Origin: Eukaryota sp. GEM-RC1 | Taxonomy: Eukaryota | Assembly: GCA_040285855.1 (NCBI GenBank) | Contig: JAUFOQ010000006.1 | Span: 1,178,001 to 1,242,000, forward strand | Direction of reading: 5' to 3' | Length of the DNA: 64,000 nucleotides | Shown: positions 1 through 13,494 of the stretch, piece after piece | Numbering within the stretch: position 1 is the first letter of the stretch | Layout of the letters: each line of letters opens with the position of its first letter | Made by a program: the position numbers and the translations under genes | Notes under the pieces: generated by a model | The model's database searches: none | The model's input: only the letters and a program-made list of their open reading frames with translations | Told to the model about the DNA's origin: nothing

Positions 1-159
1 ACACCTTGTGAGAGGTTATTTTCTTTAGCCGGAGACATGGTATTATAGAAACATTGTGCACTATATGATCATTCTGTTCGTGCTGTTTTGTGCTTGAAGT
101 CATGGCTAGAAAATGGTTTTGATTTGAACAATAAAGTTGCAGCTGGTTTTATTGACTAG
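1..159 (+). pseudogene. hAT transposase C-terminal dimerisation-domain remnant
   Basis: Frame 1 reads TPCERLFSLAGDMVL*KHCALYDHSVRAVLCLKSWLE, matching the hAT dimerisation motif ERxFSxAG...VxAxxCLxSW, with an internal stop. CTCGAG-like subterminal repeats follow, with a possible terminus ...GGGCTG at ~278. Confidence 0.7.
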
Positions 160-3100
160 TGGTGTTACAACAAGCTACGCACGTTGCTTCTTGAGATATG
201 AATTGAGTTCACATTCGTTAATCGACTCAGACTCGAGTTGAGCTTGAGTGCGTCCCCAAAATGTCGAGTCTCGGGCTGTTAGTTTGATCCTGAGGTGGTA
301 GTCAACCATTTACTTGCTGGAACGATATTTTCAATACATAGAACTTGATGGATTTCCTACCACAACAAGCTCTTCTTCGACGGCTTCTCAGTACCTGTGA
401 AGAAATGCGTCACGTTACATAGACCCTTCATTCATTCCTGGAACTTCCATTGAATTTAAAAAATGGTTTTCCGCTGTATAGCAAACCATTGGAGAGTATT
501 GACTGATGACTCATTAGAAAGGCAACTTCTTCTGTACTACAACCGTTGGAACACTGATACTTTCAGGAAAGTTATTAAAACAAAAAGTGTGTAGAAGGAG
601 TTATATTGTAGGATTTGATTTGTGAAGTGTAATTATATTTTTGCCCCAATTGTATAAATAATTTAAATAACTGTTACTTATTCATTCAAGAGAGACTCGG
701 TCATTTTTTACTTAAACATCATAATTTAATATACCTATTTATTTCCAGGCCCTGGCCAATCTAGATTTACTTACTGATATGTCCACTAAGTTTTCAAGAC
801 TTACCTCAAACTTTGTAGCAGACGGCCAGTACAAAGTATGACGAAGATCAGTTTTTGAAAGGTCAAAAAGGTACTATAACCTGAACCGAACCAATTAATT
901 GTAGTATATCTGAAAATTTCAATAATCCAGTACTTCTCAAAAAACGAGAGCAATTAATTGTCAATGAACTTTTCCAAGACTATTCTGGGTGAACGAAATT
1001 GCTTCGAACACCGAATAGAAATACTCTAAAATACGTTACTTCATTAATCGAGTAATGAACTGACGTACATCAACAGATACACTCACAGCTAACTAATTGA
1101 AATAAACGATCTTTGAAGTTTTGTAACACAGTAATCGGTCTAATCAAAACTTCCATAGTTCAATAGCTAAGCATCATAAACCTACCTCAGTATAAAAGAG
1201 CAGTCGAGCTACTTCAATCAGAGATGACGTGATCAAAGAAATGGACATTCTACTAATATACCGAGATCAGCGTGGGGTAGAGTCAAACAGAAGCGAATGG
1301 CCTCAGTGATTGTAGATTCAGGGAAGTATTAAGAAATAGAAGAGGAATGCCCAGAGTGAGGACAAAGATAGACAGGAACATGAAGATGAGGATGGAGCGG
1401 TTGGCATTGAAAGTGGATACGATTCATCTTCTACATGTAGTAAAGATATGAAGAAAAAGTATTCCTCCCTCATCCCTGTCTACTAGTATCGCTGTCCACT
1501 GCCCTTTCTATTCTTCTTTCGTTAGAGAGTATGGTCGATTGCTGCCAATTACACTGCCAATTATCTCTTTAGTTGGATCTTTATGTGAACCTTTTTAATG
1601 TTCTTGCTCTCAACTACAAGTTCTTCACTCTCAACTCTTCCCTCGTAGACTCCCAATACCTGTCTACCTTCATCTCAAAAGCCAACAAAGTGGATGATCT
1701 TCGTGCACTTTTGTTTGCAGAACATCTTGAAAGAAATTGAGAAAGTCTCTTCAATTCCTCCTCTTTGTCTTTCCACTTCTTTTCTTGTTTCTATTAATGG
1801 GAATGAGTTTTGTGAATCAAAAGTCTAGTGAAGTCAATAGAAGAAGATTCTTTTGATTGTTCAAGATTGGAAGGTGATTTGAACTCAGTCAGAATTGATA
1901 TGTTTGAGTGGAATGATTAGAATGAGTTACTTTCACTGCTTGAAATATGTCAAATTTCAATTGTAAGTATATTTTGATTTTCCATTTACTTTAGATTCTA
2001 AAGTTTACGAGTCTTGGTTTTTGAAGAAACAACAAATTTTCAGTGCAAACATAGTTAATCATATGACTGTATTCATTGTAATTCAAAACTATTCTTTGAA
2101 TCTAATTGATTGTTTGATTTTAATTGATGATGAAAGTAATTTTTTCCATCTGGAATGTCTTAAACTAGTAACTTAATTTTCAAAGTCTGATGTATGGTTC
2201 AAATTTGTGCAAAATGCATTTACATTCATTTTCCAAATGAATATTTCAAAAATACTCATTATTTCATCATACAAAGAGATCACAAACAAGTCTTGATTGA
2301 ACAAGCTTGATCGAGATTCAGGTTGATGCTGACGTTATCGTGTGTCTTTGGGTAAACAGGGTGAAAAAACATCCACCTAGGCTAGCTTTAAAGCAGCGAT
2401 AGTAAGAAGAATTTGTTTGTGAGAAAGCACGTTGAAGGTAAAATCTGTTTTGAAGATACCAACATTTATGAAGAATCTTCAATTGAATAAAGAAGCTGTT
2501 GTTTATTGAACGAGGTATGTGTGTATTCAGTTTGAAGTTAAAAGACAATGGTCACTAGATTTGGAGTCATAGTCATTGTACTCAAGTCATCTTGGCGTGA
2601 CTTACAACATGACTCAATTCCCCAGCACAAACCCTCTAAGAATACACCAAGAAATAAAGAAACAAAGATTAGAAGTTCAGTCAATGGTTGTGAGTAAGTC
2701 TAGGTTGAGAGAGAGTTTCCTCATGACTTTCAAGTAAGTGGGTTCTTCTTCTTTCTGTAGTTCAGGTTCTGTCGTGGTTCTAATGCGTTGTTCAGGTCGA
2801 TGGTTCTGGCCATCAGTACGTCGATGGATTGAATCAAATTCAATCTGAATTCGATTAAACAATATTAAATAGGAAAGATTTGGAAACTTTCGGTAAGATG
2901 TACTTGTGAAAGTTTTGAGGCGGTCCAAGGTCTTCTACTATAAGGTAAAGTATTTAAAACTTTCTAGAGGTTGTATCTTGTGGCCTGACGTTCTTGAACT
3001 CTTCTTCTTTTGTTGACCTTACTGATTGCAATCAAGGGTTATCAATGATCAGTTTGTAAGCATCTAGAAGTTCGTCTAGCACCGGCTGCAGCATTATTTA

Positions 3101-4860
3101 AAAAGGGGATAAGAATAGTTTTCTCAGGTTCTGATAACAGGCATTCGTTTCCTTCCAAAACTCTTCGTACAGCTAATTCAAAATAATAATAATATAATAT
3201 AATTACCAACAGTTTATTCGAGATGTTGTAATAATGGTTGCATCATGTGGCCTGGTGTATTTAGTTAGGTAGTTAGTTATTTAGTTATATAGTTAGTTAA
3301 ATGAATGAAATAGGGGTAGATTACTTAAGTTAATGTATTTGATATCGCAATAAGACAATATGGGGAAATTGATGTACATATAGTAGTCTGTTTATGTCGT
3401 CATTCCCATACATTTAGTTCTATGGCAGAAAAATAACATTGATATTAAGATTTCAAACCTCAAACACTGAATATACATACTTACTTAGATAGAGACCTAC
3501 ACACTACTGTCTCAGTATCGCGTATTACTGATTTTGGGCTGAGCTCTTGTGAATAGCCTGGGCGGACTGCAACAAAAATAGTTGAGCCCAAAGTTCTACA
3601 ATGTTTGAAGCTGTTGATTTTTGACAGATGATTCGTAAGTTTGAGCAAGAGTGTTCAGTAGTAATTGATTAACACATTATTAGTTTATCATATATGGGAG
3701 ATCTGGTATTAAAAACAGAATTAAATTAAGTCATGTTCTCAGTAGCTTCTTCAATTGACACTAAACAGGAGTTATTTGAGATGTTACATACTAGTAGGAG
3801 TGTTTGTTCTTCAAGAATACATCTTTTAAGCCTTTTCAAGTTAAGAATTATAATTTAGATGTAAAGATGTATTCTACTCGTTTGGACAAGATTCTTCACA
3901 TCAGCAGAATTAAAAGTAGTTTAAGTAGTATGTTAAAACATAATATTTAACAAAAACAGAATTAATTAATCTGGACCAACTTTTTGGTATCAATAACGTT
4001 ATGAATCCTAAAACTATATCTACCTTAAACCCAATCAGTGTCAAAATGGGGCAATCATCCTTCAAATTCTTCTGGATATTTGGATATGATTGATTATAGC
4101 CCTGATTTAAACTGTCACGTTTCCCACAATCCGTTTGTGTTTAATGATAATTGACAAAGAATCAGTACTTTACTTATGATTTTATATTGAATAAAACTAG
4201 AAGACACTAGTTAAAGTAACTGAACTAAACTGCACCTGACTAGAATCAAACAATTTAGCTAAAATAGAATTGAAATATCTAAATCATTTTCATCGCTTTT
4301 GCCATAAACTTTTCTTAGTGACTACTTTGACAGCTTCAAAAAGTAGTGTTTACCTGAATTGTACTCTTGGAGAACCATACATTAAAAAATTGAAGAAACT
4401 GATTGAAATCATAACCAACTACATGTACCGAAATAGTACTTATAGGTGTAAAATCTTTAAATAAAGTGTAGTGTTACTACAATTTATTCAGACTAATGAC
4501 TGTAAAAGAAGCAACTTTTGGAAGAGATCAAAATATGAATTAGTCTGGATCAAAATATTCGTTATCCAGACTAAATACTTTGAATGCTCTTGGAAAAGTC
4601 GAATATTACAAGTGATTATAGTTGACGGACTGTCATTGATCCACACCTTCTCCTTTCAAAGATTGATTGAGAGTAATCGAATTACTAACAGTACACAATG
4701 CAATCAGGAATATGAAGTGTATACAGTAAACACCAGATCTACAGAGAAACATGAAGAGACAAAGCATCAAATGTTGGTACTGGAAATCAGAGATCAGCTT
4801 ATCCACATTAGTCTGATTCTGAGGTAGATCCGAGGTTTGAATTAATCAAAAATAAAAGAC

Positions 4861-5948
4861 TTATAAAAACTCTGAACTCACAATTATTTTGTTTTTCCGC
4901 AAACACAAATAATCGTGTTTGTTCACAAAATCTTCAACATTTTCAAATAAATCCACTTCAGATTCGTTTTCCAGCTCAGATTGTGCTTTAAGTTGATAAA
5001 GGGCATCTCTAACTGGTAAGGAGCGTAGATTCTGAGAAGAAATAACATCAGTTAAAAGACAAGAAACTCGACTAAAACGTTCTTGTTTTCTTTTACTTTT
5101 ATATTCCTCCTCATTTGCTTTAAATATAAGAGACTTTTCTTGTCTTTGCAGCGTCAACGCCAAAACGTGTCTTGGTACATGACGTAAGTTTTTTGAAATT
5201 TTGAAATTTTTTGAAATTGTGGATAGATCCACATCTTGAGAGAGAACAGTTTGCTCTTTCTCTCGACACTTTTTGATTTTGTTCAAAATTACATCACTTT
5301 CACTGATGACGCGATCGTTACTTTCTACACGAGGTTCTGGCAGAGGACAAAGAGGAAGATCGTCAGCAAAGTTCTCCAAAAATGAAATTTCCCAAATTGT
5401 AGATTTTGAGGATATCAAATTGGATTTTTTTACTGATTTTGAACGTAAATACTTGCCATGTGCATTCTCCATTCTTTTTTTCAGATATTGTTGTAGGCAG
5501 GACCTGTGTGTGAACCACTCAGAAGTTGAAATAGAAGTCGAAATAACAAAGCAATTGGTGCAAGAAAGATTGAAAATTCCAGGAGACAGAGCAACAATAT
5601 TCCTGAAAATTTTGAATGTAAAATCCACTTTTGTTGGTTCAGTAGAGACTGAACAGCAGACTGGAGTTCGTCCCAGGTAAGGGACTTTGGCTTCGAGCCA
5701 AGAGACACAAAGACAGAAGTGAGAGCATCAAAGACAGAGAGAATGTCATTGAATTGACTTGATAGAAGTTTCGTTGGGGAAGTCTCAGACACGAGAACAT
5801 CTCGAAGAAAAGTAACTGATGGATCGAATGGATCGGTGTGAATAGAGGATGTTGTCAAGCTTGGATCAGTATCAACCCGACACCGTTTCTTTGGTTGAAG
5901 GGGACCTTTGCGTTGATGTCGGTAATACTGATCAAGGGAAGTTTGCAT
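4861..5948 (-). CDS. CDT1: DNA replication licensing factor Cdt1-like, split by one frameshift near 5630-5650
   Basis: N-terminal PIP-degron-like MQTSLDQYYRHQRK. ORF 5481-5948 (LTWDELQSAVQ) continues in ORF 4861-5628 (FTFKIFRNIVALSPGIF) as in the Cdt1 middle winged-helix domain. Total length is 3n+2. Confidence 0.6.
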
Positions 5949-6028
5949 TGAAGAAAAAGAGCGGCAAAAAGTGAATTGATGATCTCTTCACTTTTTTGTA
6001 AGAATTTAATTTATCTTTTTTTAATTTT

Positions 6029-7122
6029 TCTTGGTTATGTTGGAATTGCTGCTGAAAATTTCTTTGATGCTTGATGCAAGCTTTTCAAAATGGTGTCGTG
6101 ACCATAGGAAAAATGTTAATCAGTCTCGTTGGCGCAATCGCATTGTTTTTTCCTTTTATAGAAGTTTCCCAAAGTATTTGAATCGTATTCTGGACAAATT
6201 GTATCGTGGTACAAGATTAGATGTGGATCATTTAATATCTTTTAAGTACTAGTTGTTTGTATTTCGTTAATTTAATTATTTAATTAAACATAAGAGTTTG
6301 TTTGCAACAATTAATTAATACATACTAATTCAGAAAATGAAAGAAGTTAAATTCTTCACATCAACACGAGAATTGTTCCTATACAACTTCGAAGAAATGG
6401 AACATAAATACTTGGGAATGCTTCTATAAAGAGCGAACATAATTCGATTAATCCATACAGCGCTATTAAACACCTTGCCATTAGAACGACATAAAAGACT
6501 AAAATCACTGAAAAACTTTAAACCGGCTGGACCAATATTACTAAAAATTGAAATTGCAAATGGAACAAATGAAAACTCAAAAAGAGGGGATCTCCATACT
6601 CCGTGGCTTAAATCCAGTCAATCATTAATGGATTTTACTACAGTAGATGTTTGTAACGAATCTCGTGTTAGTAGGATATTAGATTCTTCTTTTAATCCGA
6701 TAACAGCTGCTGAAAAGCTCAAACACCCCAAGTATGACTCTCAAGTAGAATAATTAAATAGAAACTCATATTCCAAATTTGTGTTTCAACCTTTTGCTGT
6801 TTCTCTTTTGGATCTACTAGTCCTGCTGGTGATCAATTTTTCAAGGATTTCGAACATATATGTAAAGCAAAGAAGCGTAAATTTAGAATGGCTGAATGGA
6901 AAAACCGTATAGTGTTTTCCATATATCGGAATATGGCTTTCAATATTTCTATATATTAATTATATTAATTGAGAAACTGTACAAGTTTGGTGTCAAGGTT
7001 AATGTTGATAAACGTAATCTTTTACCGGGTGGTGATGAATTCGTTTGGATTTAATCTTAGTATTATTTGTTTGTTTTTACAATTTCATAGTTTTGTAGGA
7101 ATGTTACCTTTGGGTACCGAAT
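6029..7122. mobile_element. Cluster of three CRE-like non-LTR 3' fragments: B (+, ~6029-6275), A (-, ~6286-6578), C (+, ~6578-7122)
   Basis: Near-identity to longer copies at 43935-44175, 48110-48390 and 11583-12120. RLE motifs RGDL, DFTTVD and PFA are present. Confidence 0.85.
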
Positions 7123-8241
7123 TAAGTATCAGATAATCAAGTGTATTGAAATTTTACAAACACGACAAAAACAAAACGTACTTTATGATCCAAACAGTAA
7201 AATTATTGCTTTCTTTTGCACGACAATGGACCTCATTTATCATCTATTCTGTATCAAAGCTCCTTTGCTTATCATTATTGAGCTATTGTTAGTAAAAATG
7301 GCTGTCAGAACGGAAAGATCTTAAAACACACATCAGTGCACCTTTAACATCAGTCCAGTTGAGACCAACTAGGTCATCCATCACTTTCACGTGTACTTTG
7401 TCAATACTGTGCAAGAACCACTCACCAAATTCTTAGAACCTTTCCATTGCCTTTTATAATACTCTTATATTGAATCTCCTCATTGTTTAAAACGTGATCA
7501 ATACCACAGTGATACAGCGATGTTGTTAAATGCGTCCCACAAGATCCATTTGTAGTTTACCAAAAGTACGAATGAAATATACATGTAATTGGAAAAATCA
7601 AAAATTTTCAAAACGTAGTTGTAACGAAATGGAGACATCCTGAAAGCTAAGTCTAGTAGAACTGGAAACACAATACTCGTATTGTGATTAAATGAAAACA
7701 CTGAACATGATGATTCAGGATCTGTTCAGTTCAATCCTACATTTGCAAAGTCTGAAGAAATTGACAGTGACGACTGTGGCAGAATCAATAACTTGAATCT
7801 CCATTGGACCACTCTGATTGATATGAGAATGTATATATTCTTCATAGTGGTTAAACGGACGAAATGTATTTTCAAAGCAAAGATGAAGAAGTTTTAAATA
7901 GAAAAGAATTGATTGAACGACTGGAATGAACTCAAATAAAACTTCAACACTCAGACTAATAATTTTAAATACAGAAAAAAACAAGATGGGTTGGACTGCT
8001 ACATTTAGTTAAAACTGCATGTGGTGATACTGTACTTAAATCCAATTTCCGGTATTGTTAAACCGCCCTTGTGAAATGAGATAGGAATATGAGGTGATGC
8101 AGAGGACACTTTTGTTAACATTTACGGTAATCGTTATTTGTAATTGTACTGGTAATTAAAAGCCGTTTTTGTTTCTCTTGTGTTCAGAATTTTCCTGGCC
8201 AAAATGATGGCTGGCTCGGAAGTTAAATTCTCCTTCTACTG

Positions 8242-8727
8242 ATGCGTGTAACTCGTTCTACTCGCTCAAGAAGCAAACAAGCTCCTGAACTCTCTCTTGA
8301 TGATGTCCTTTCTTCCAGAAAGCCGAAGACAACTTCACAAGCTTCGGAAACACAGAAGAGACTCTCATCTGAACGGCGAAAGATTCAGTCTCAGTTGAAG
8401 GAAGAGCAGGAACGCGAAGCAACCATCAACAAGCTGTTACACAAGTCAGCTGTCTCTCTTGAACCATCTGCTAAACAATCTCGAACCTCAGACGTAGATA
8501 GTGTCCCTAAACTACGTTACGTCCATTCATCTTCGGGTGTTTCCATATCATTTCCTCCAGATGTTCCATCAACCTTTACTTCGGCTGTCGCCATACCTCC
8601 GCCTCCCAAGGTCTGCTCATGTGGACGAAATGGGATCTATCCGAAACTAATTGGCTCATCAAAGAGTTATTTCTGTTCTTTCTCCTGTTTTAATTCATCA
8701 CACTCACAGTCAGATTCAGTCTTTTAA
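8242..8727 (+). CDS. INO80B: INO80 complex subunit B / Ies2-like (PAPA-1 domain plus HIT zinc finger)
   Basis: ATINKLL...LRYVHSSSGVSISFP followed by CSCG...FCSFSCF. Confidence 0.7.
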   Translation: MRVTRSTRSRSKQAPELSLDDVLSSRKPKTTSQASETQKRLSSERRKIQSQLKEEQEREATINKLLHKSAVSLEPSAKQSRTSDVDSVPKLRYVHSSSGVSISFPPDVPSTFTSAVAIPPPPKVCSCGRNGIYPKLIGSSKSYFCSFSCFNSSHSQSDSVF

Positions 8728-9224
8728 GGAGACTTATGGTTTTGATTAGCACTTTTTATGATTAGTACTGGTCATTACTCACATGATTCGTTGTATAGTC
8801 AGATTATTCTGACATTTTTGGACGACTCAGGAGTTTTGATGTACACTGTATTAAGATGTTCATGTATGAATAGTTCTGGATGACTTGTTTTACATTTAAA
8901 ATTTAGATAAAATTTAATTGACCAGATAGCCGTCTTACATATATCAAATTATATTATCTTCAGTTATTGTTTCTTTTTGTAATTGTTACAAATCAGGGGT
9001 AAACATCTGAGTGATTCATGTAATTGTCGAAAGGAAAATTGTGTTAGTATTTTGAGTGATTGCATGTACTTCTTCTTTCGTCACTGTAGCTTCTTTTAAG
9101 AATAAGGTTGTTCCGCAAAGCAAAACAAGCAATTTCAGTGGGGCAATTTAGATCCACTTTTTGAAGAAATTTTCAGACTTAATCCTGTCTTGTCTTTAGC
9201 TGATCTTAACTACCATTGTTGTAA

Positions 9225-9477
9225 ATGTCCCAACGGAAAGATATCATTGAACTACATAGATTCATCAACAAAGAGGTCCTCATAAGTCTTGCAGGAGGTC
9301 GTCAACTCAAGGGCACTCTTAAAGGCTATGATGCTCTCTTGAACGCAGTTTTCCACGATCTTGTTGAGTTTCTTCCTTCAAATCCCTCTGATCTCACTTC
9401 ACCCCCCTCAAACAAGAACACTGGGCACTGCAATCATCAAAGGAGCAACAATCGCTTCCATCAGTCCATCTATCTAA
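9225..9477 (+). CDS. LSM7: U6 snRNA-associated Sm-like protein LSm7, with one extra C in the C6 run at 9402-9407
   Basis: Sm1 motif GGRQLKGTLKGYDALLN. The +1 frame supplies the Sm2 motif QTRTLGTAIIKGATIASISPSI*. Confidence 0.85.
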
Positions 9478-9614
9478 CACATTTTCCCTCGAAACACAAC
9501 AGTTACTACAGTTTTTATTAATAATACATAACAATCTAGCCAATAATAACATTGCTCTGTTCACATTTGGCTCTAAATATGGAACACATTGTCGATGCTT
9601 CTTTTGAGATATCC

Positions 9615-10367
9615 TTAGTGGCTTCTGATAGAATTTCCCTCTTCTCTTTTTACTGATAAAGGACGATCTTGTTTCATTACACCTTGGTGATACTTATATT
9701 TCAAAACATCTTCACCAATACCCAAAAGTCGCTCTGGAAACACCTTAACAGAATGACGAGGAGTTTCCACAGAAGTCTTCTCATCAAACACCGACTTAAA
9801 CTTAGTTTCTGGACACAATAATTTCTTACGGTTTGGGCGTTGTTCCTCAGTAGACCTAGAAGTAAATCTAAGATGTTCTGAGTGGGGACGTTTGACACTA
9901 AGCGCGTAATCTCCTTGAATACCAACAGGATCAGTTTCATTAGCAGCACGGTCCACAACAACACGACGAATTGGTTTAAAGTCACGTTCTTCTACGGTTT
10001 CGGGAGAAGAGACATGTCGTCTCAAAGGACGGAGTTTTTGTTGAGTTTCCTGCAGAGTTGAGACACCAGCAGCTGAGGGATCGATTGGGTCATAGATTGG
10101 TCGCTTATAAGGACGATGTTCAAGGGGTTTCTCTTCGGGGACAAAGAGTGATGAATTGTTAGAACCGTATATCAGTTTGCGAGTAGGTCTGAAGGAAGGT
10201 TCTTCAGGAGTGAAAAGGGGATTACTATAAGAATTGCTTGAAGGAACCATTCGAGCTGAAGAAGGGCGAGGAGAACCTCTGTCGTCAAGAAAAGGGTGTA
10301 AATCAGGCTGTTGAACCCTCTTCACAGTGGATCTTGCGCTAAGTTCTGGAGCATCGAACAGGGTCAT
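9615..10367 (-). CDS. Hypothetical protein with recurring short basic motifs (RPxRR/K)
   Basis: 250-aa ATG-initiated ORF with gene-like codon use; no family recognised. Confidence 0.65.
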   Translation of the reverse strand: MTLFDAPELSARSTVKRVQQPDLHPFLDDRGSPRPSSARMVPSSNSYSNPLFTPEEPSFRPTRKLIYGSNNSSLFVPEEKPLEHRPYKRPIYDPIDPSAAGVSTLQETQQKLRPLRRHVSSPETVEERDFKPIRRVVVDRAANETDPVGIQGDYALSVKRPHSEHLRFTSRSTEEQRPNRKKLLCPETKFKSVFDEKTSVETPRHSVKVFPERLLGIGEDVLKYKYHQGVMKQDRPLSVKREEGNSIRSH

Positions 10368-10632
10368 TTCTTGAAGAAAATTGATACAAGCAGAATTTTG
10401 GCTTCCGTTCCTTCAACAGAACAACAGCCTGACCAACTCCACACTACTATGTCTCCAGATAATATTACACTGGTTATGTTTAAGGTGTGACAATTGTATA
10501 AACCATTTGTATATCTTTCAATAAAAGCAAATTTCCATCTACTGAAGCGTACGTGAATTCTTTCACTGCATACTATAGTCCTTGAATATTAAACCGTAAA
10601 AACGAAGAATTAGATATATTGTGCGGAAAAAA

Positions 10633-10980
10633 CTAAAAAGAACCTCCAAGTTGATAGAAAAGAGCGTCAATGATTTGGTCGTCTTCAAGATGAAGATCGT
10701 CTGCAGTCTGATGAGCTTGGACACGTTCTCCGTCAATGAGGAAACGGAGACTTGATTCAGTGTATCCACCGCGTTTGCAGTAAGTATCCATAAGTTTTCT
10801 GAGTGGTGTGGAGCGTTTGATTCTAAAGACTGTTTCTTTGCCATCCTGACTTCTGACTTTGAGTTTGATGTAAGAATCATCAAGTTCTTGGTCAGCTTCA
10901 GTTGGTTGTTCTTTGTCTGGGGATGGTTGTTGAGTGGGTTCTTCAGGAGAAGGAGTAGGACGATCTTCAACGTCGCTCAT
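10633..10980 (-). CDS. SUMO: SUMO
   Basis: IKLKVRSQDG..FRIKRSTPLRKLMDTYC..LRFLIDGERV; C-terminal QLGG-SF processing site. Confidence 0.95.
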   Translation of the reverse strand: MSDVEDRPTPSPEEPTQQPSPDKEQPTEADQELDDSYIKLKVRSQDGKETVFRIKRSTPLRKLMDTYCKRGGYTESSLRFLIDGERVQAHQTADDLHLEDDQIIDALFYQLGGSF

Positions 10981-11582
10981 TTATAGTAACAAAAAGTGGT
11001 TTGTCTTCTGTTCCAGTTAATCAAATCAATAGCTCTTACATCTTCACTCAGTACACCTCAACGTTCGTTACATTATATGAAGCCGTAATGATGTGTTAGT
11101 CGTTGCTCCATATGCATTCCAACTAGAATTTCCCCATGAAGTTCTAATTGTTTTTTAAAGAAGTAAAATCGCTGTCTTTATGACAAAGCTGTATTTGAAA
11201 TGATAGCATGACCTGGCCACAAAAATATGAATTTGTAAGAACAACAAAATACTTCAAATGTCTTCATTCGTATCTGTATTACAGTATGTTGTCTTACTTA
11301 GGTTTCACAATTTCAAACCATAGTTATGATGTAGAATTAGAATTGCTTACGAAGCTTTAAGATTTTAGTCATTAGGCAAAACACTGTAGTGTCAAATCAA
11401 AGCAAAAGATGCAGTATAACAACTATATAATTAATCACTTGTTGTTAATCACTCCTATTGGATATATCTCATCCAATCCACTTATTCTTTTGGAGTGAAC
11501 GAAAGATACTGTTAGCAATTAAAACGCTGATTAATCTTCATGGATCTAGATAAAGTAACAATATAAAAAGAAGACTAAACTT

Positions 11583-12935
11583 TATTCGGTACCCAATAAG
11601 GTAAACTTCCTACAAAACTATGAAATTGTAAAAACAAACAAATAATACTAAGATTAAATCCAAACGATCACCACCCGGTAAAAGATTACGTTTATCAACA
11701 TTAACCTTCACACCAAACTTGTACAATTTCTCAATTAATCTAGAGAAATAGAAAGGCATATTCCGATATGTATATGGAAAACACTATACGGTTTTTCCAA
11801 TCAGCCATTCTAAACTTACGCTTTTTTTTCTTTACACAATTCTTCGAAATCCTGGAAAAATTGATCACCAGCAGGACTAATAGATCCAAAAGAGAAACAT
11901 CAAAAGGTTGAAACACAAATTTGGAATATGAGTTTCGATTAATTTCTTCTACTTGAGAGTCATACTTGGAGTGTTTGCGCTTTTCAGTAGCTGTTAACGG
12001 ATTAAAAGAAGAATCTAATATCCTACTAACACAAGATTTGTTACAAACATCTACTGTAGTAAAATCCATTAACGATTGACTCCGTTTAAGCCACGGAGTA
12101 TGTAGATCCCCCTCTTTTTTGATCAGTAAATTCATTTTCTGAAAGATGATTCAAAACTGGTTCAACTTTAGAGTGAAAACCATGTGCTTTAAACATGGAA
12201 TAACAAGAATCACGTACACCATCATGAATTACTGCACGGAGATGAATAAAATAACGACAATTAATTAAATGACGAAAAACACCATTAGCTCCACAAGAGC
12301 ACGTTGAATAGTTTAATAAATTTGCAGGCCAAATAGCCAAACGAAGACGCATATTGATCATCCAAGCTTCATCAGATAGATGTAATCCATACACCTTTGG
12401 AATTTGAGAAATAAATCCAGAAGGGCCACTATTACAAAGATCGATTAAAAAAGCAGCGAATTCGGGACTATTAGTTTTAGCCAAGCTAATACGATTATTA
12501 AAGTCCAAGAGTTCAAACTCCTTTGTCAATTTATTTTGCAGCTTACATACAGCAGACGGTAGAGATGAAGTATCTTTTAAAGGAGTCTCCTTTACATGAG
12601 CAGGGAACAAAGATTCCCACATTTCAGGAGACAAAGATGATACCAAATCTTTAGCAGATTGAATCCAACGGCAATTACTGGAATTCAACAGATTGATTCC
12701 ATCCAAGGGAAACCGTTTCAAAAAATTCAAACATAAAATTCTTAACACCTCCTAAAAGAGCAGATTTTCTAATGATTTTTGCATGGGTGAAACCTACTCC
12801 TGCGAATTGAGAAGAATAAAAAGCATGAAAGGGAATCTTAGACTCATCAATTTCAGCCAAGTTAGAGAGAAAATATGTTCTAATAGAATTAAATTTCTTG
12901 GCAAATGTTTCCAGTAAGGGAATAGTCTAATGATA
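11583..12935 (-). mobile_element. CRE-like non-LTR retrotransposon family C, 5'-truncated and frameshifted
   Basis: GVGFT thumb region, CxCG...H...C zinc knuckle, HDGVRD, VEP, RGDL/DFTTVD restriction-like endonuclease motifs. Confidence 0.85.
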
Positions 12936-12987
12936 TTTTTGTTCTTCTATATTAGCCAATTAAGATTAACAACGATATCATAAAGAA

Positions 12988-13115
12988 TAAAAAAAAACGG
13001 GGTTTATGATCAGTCAGTGAAATAAATGCATTTGCAGAAGTTAATAACTAACAGACACTAACTAAAGTATCTAAACTATGATCATTCTGTCCATCACCGA
13101 ACAACTTACCTAAAG
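12988..13115 (-). mobile_element. CRE-like family D 3' end fragment
   Basis: Matches 52487-52610 (AAAACGGGGTTTATGATCAGTCAGTG...). Confidence 0.85.
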
Positions 13116-13494
13116 AATATGGAATGCATTACTAGTAATTAGTTTCTACTTCAATGTTTATCGTGAATATGAATTCTTTCATAAGAGAGGTTTAAAGGAC
13201 CCTAATACAAGCAGGGCTCCAATACAAGCATAGTAAAGGGTATGATTGTATAGTTGAAAAGGCTGCTTGTATTGGAACCTCGACCATAATTGACTTAATT
13301 AAAAAGGATGTTTTTGGAATAAAGAAAATCGAATAATTTTACCAACTTGATAGCAGTACTCTTATTTATTTAATAAATAGCGATTTAACGGTTCTATGTG
13401 AAATGGATGGACCATGTGTAGACAACAAATATTATTTTAAAGAGTGATAATGAGAAACTCAGTTTGACGATCGGGATAACACATGCAAATCAGT

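Noticed and set aside
1250..4830. Coding-like decayed segments (possibly BTB/BACK or LRR-type families); similar at 7150-8000 and 26200-27050
   Set aside because: Too fragmented to assign a product or boundaries.
5273..5680. Antisense and alternate-frame ORFs over Cdt1, SUMO, PFO, eIF4G and the 40.5-42 kb gene
   Set aside because: They are shadows of real coding sequence with no motifs of their own.
13186..13283. AATACAAGCA inverted/direct repeats as a MITE
   Set aside because: The left end is incomplete and no TSD was found.
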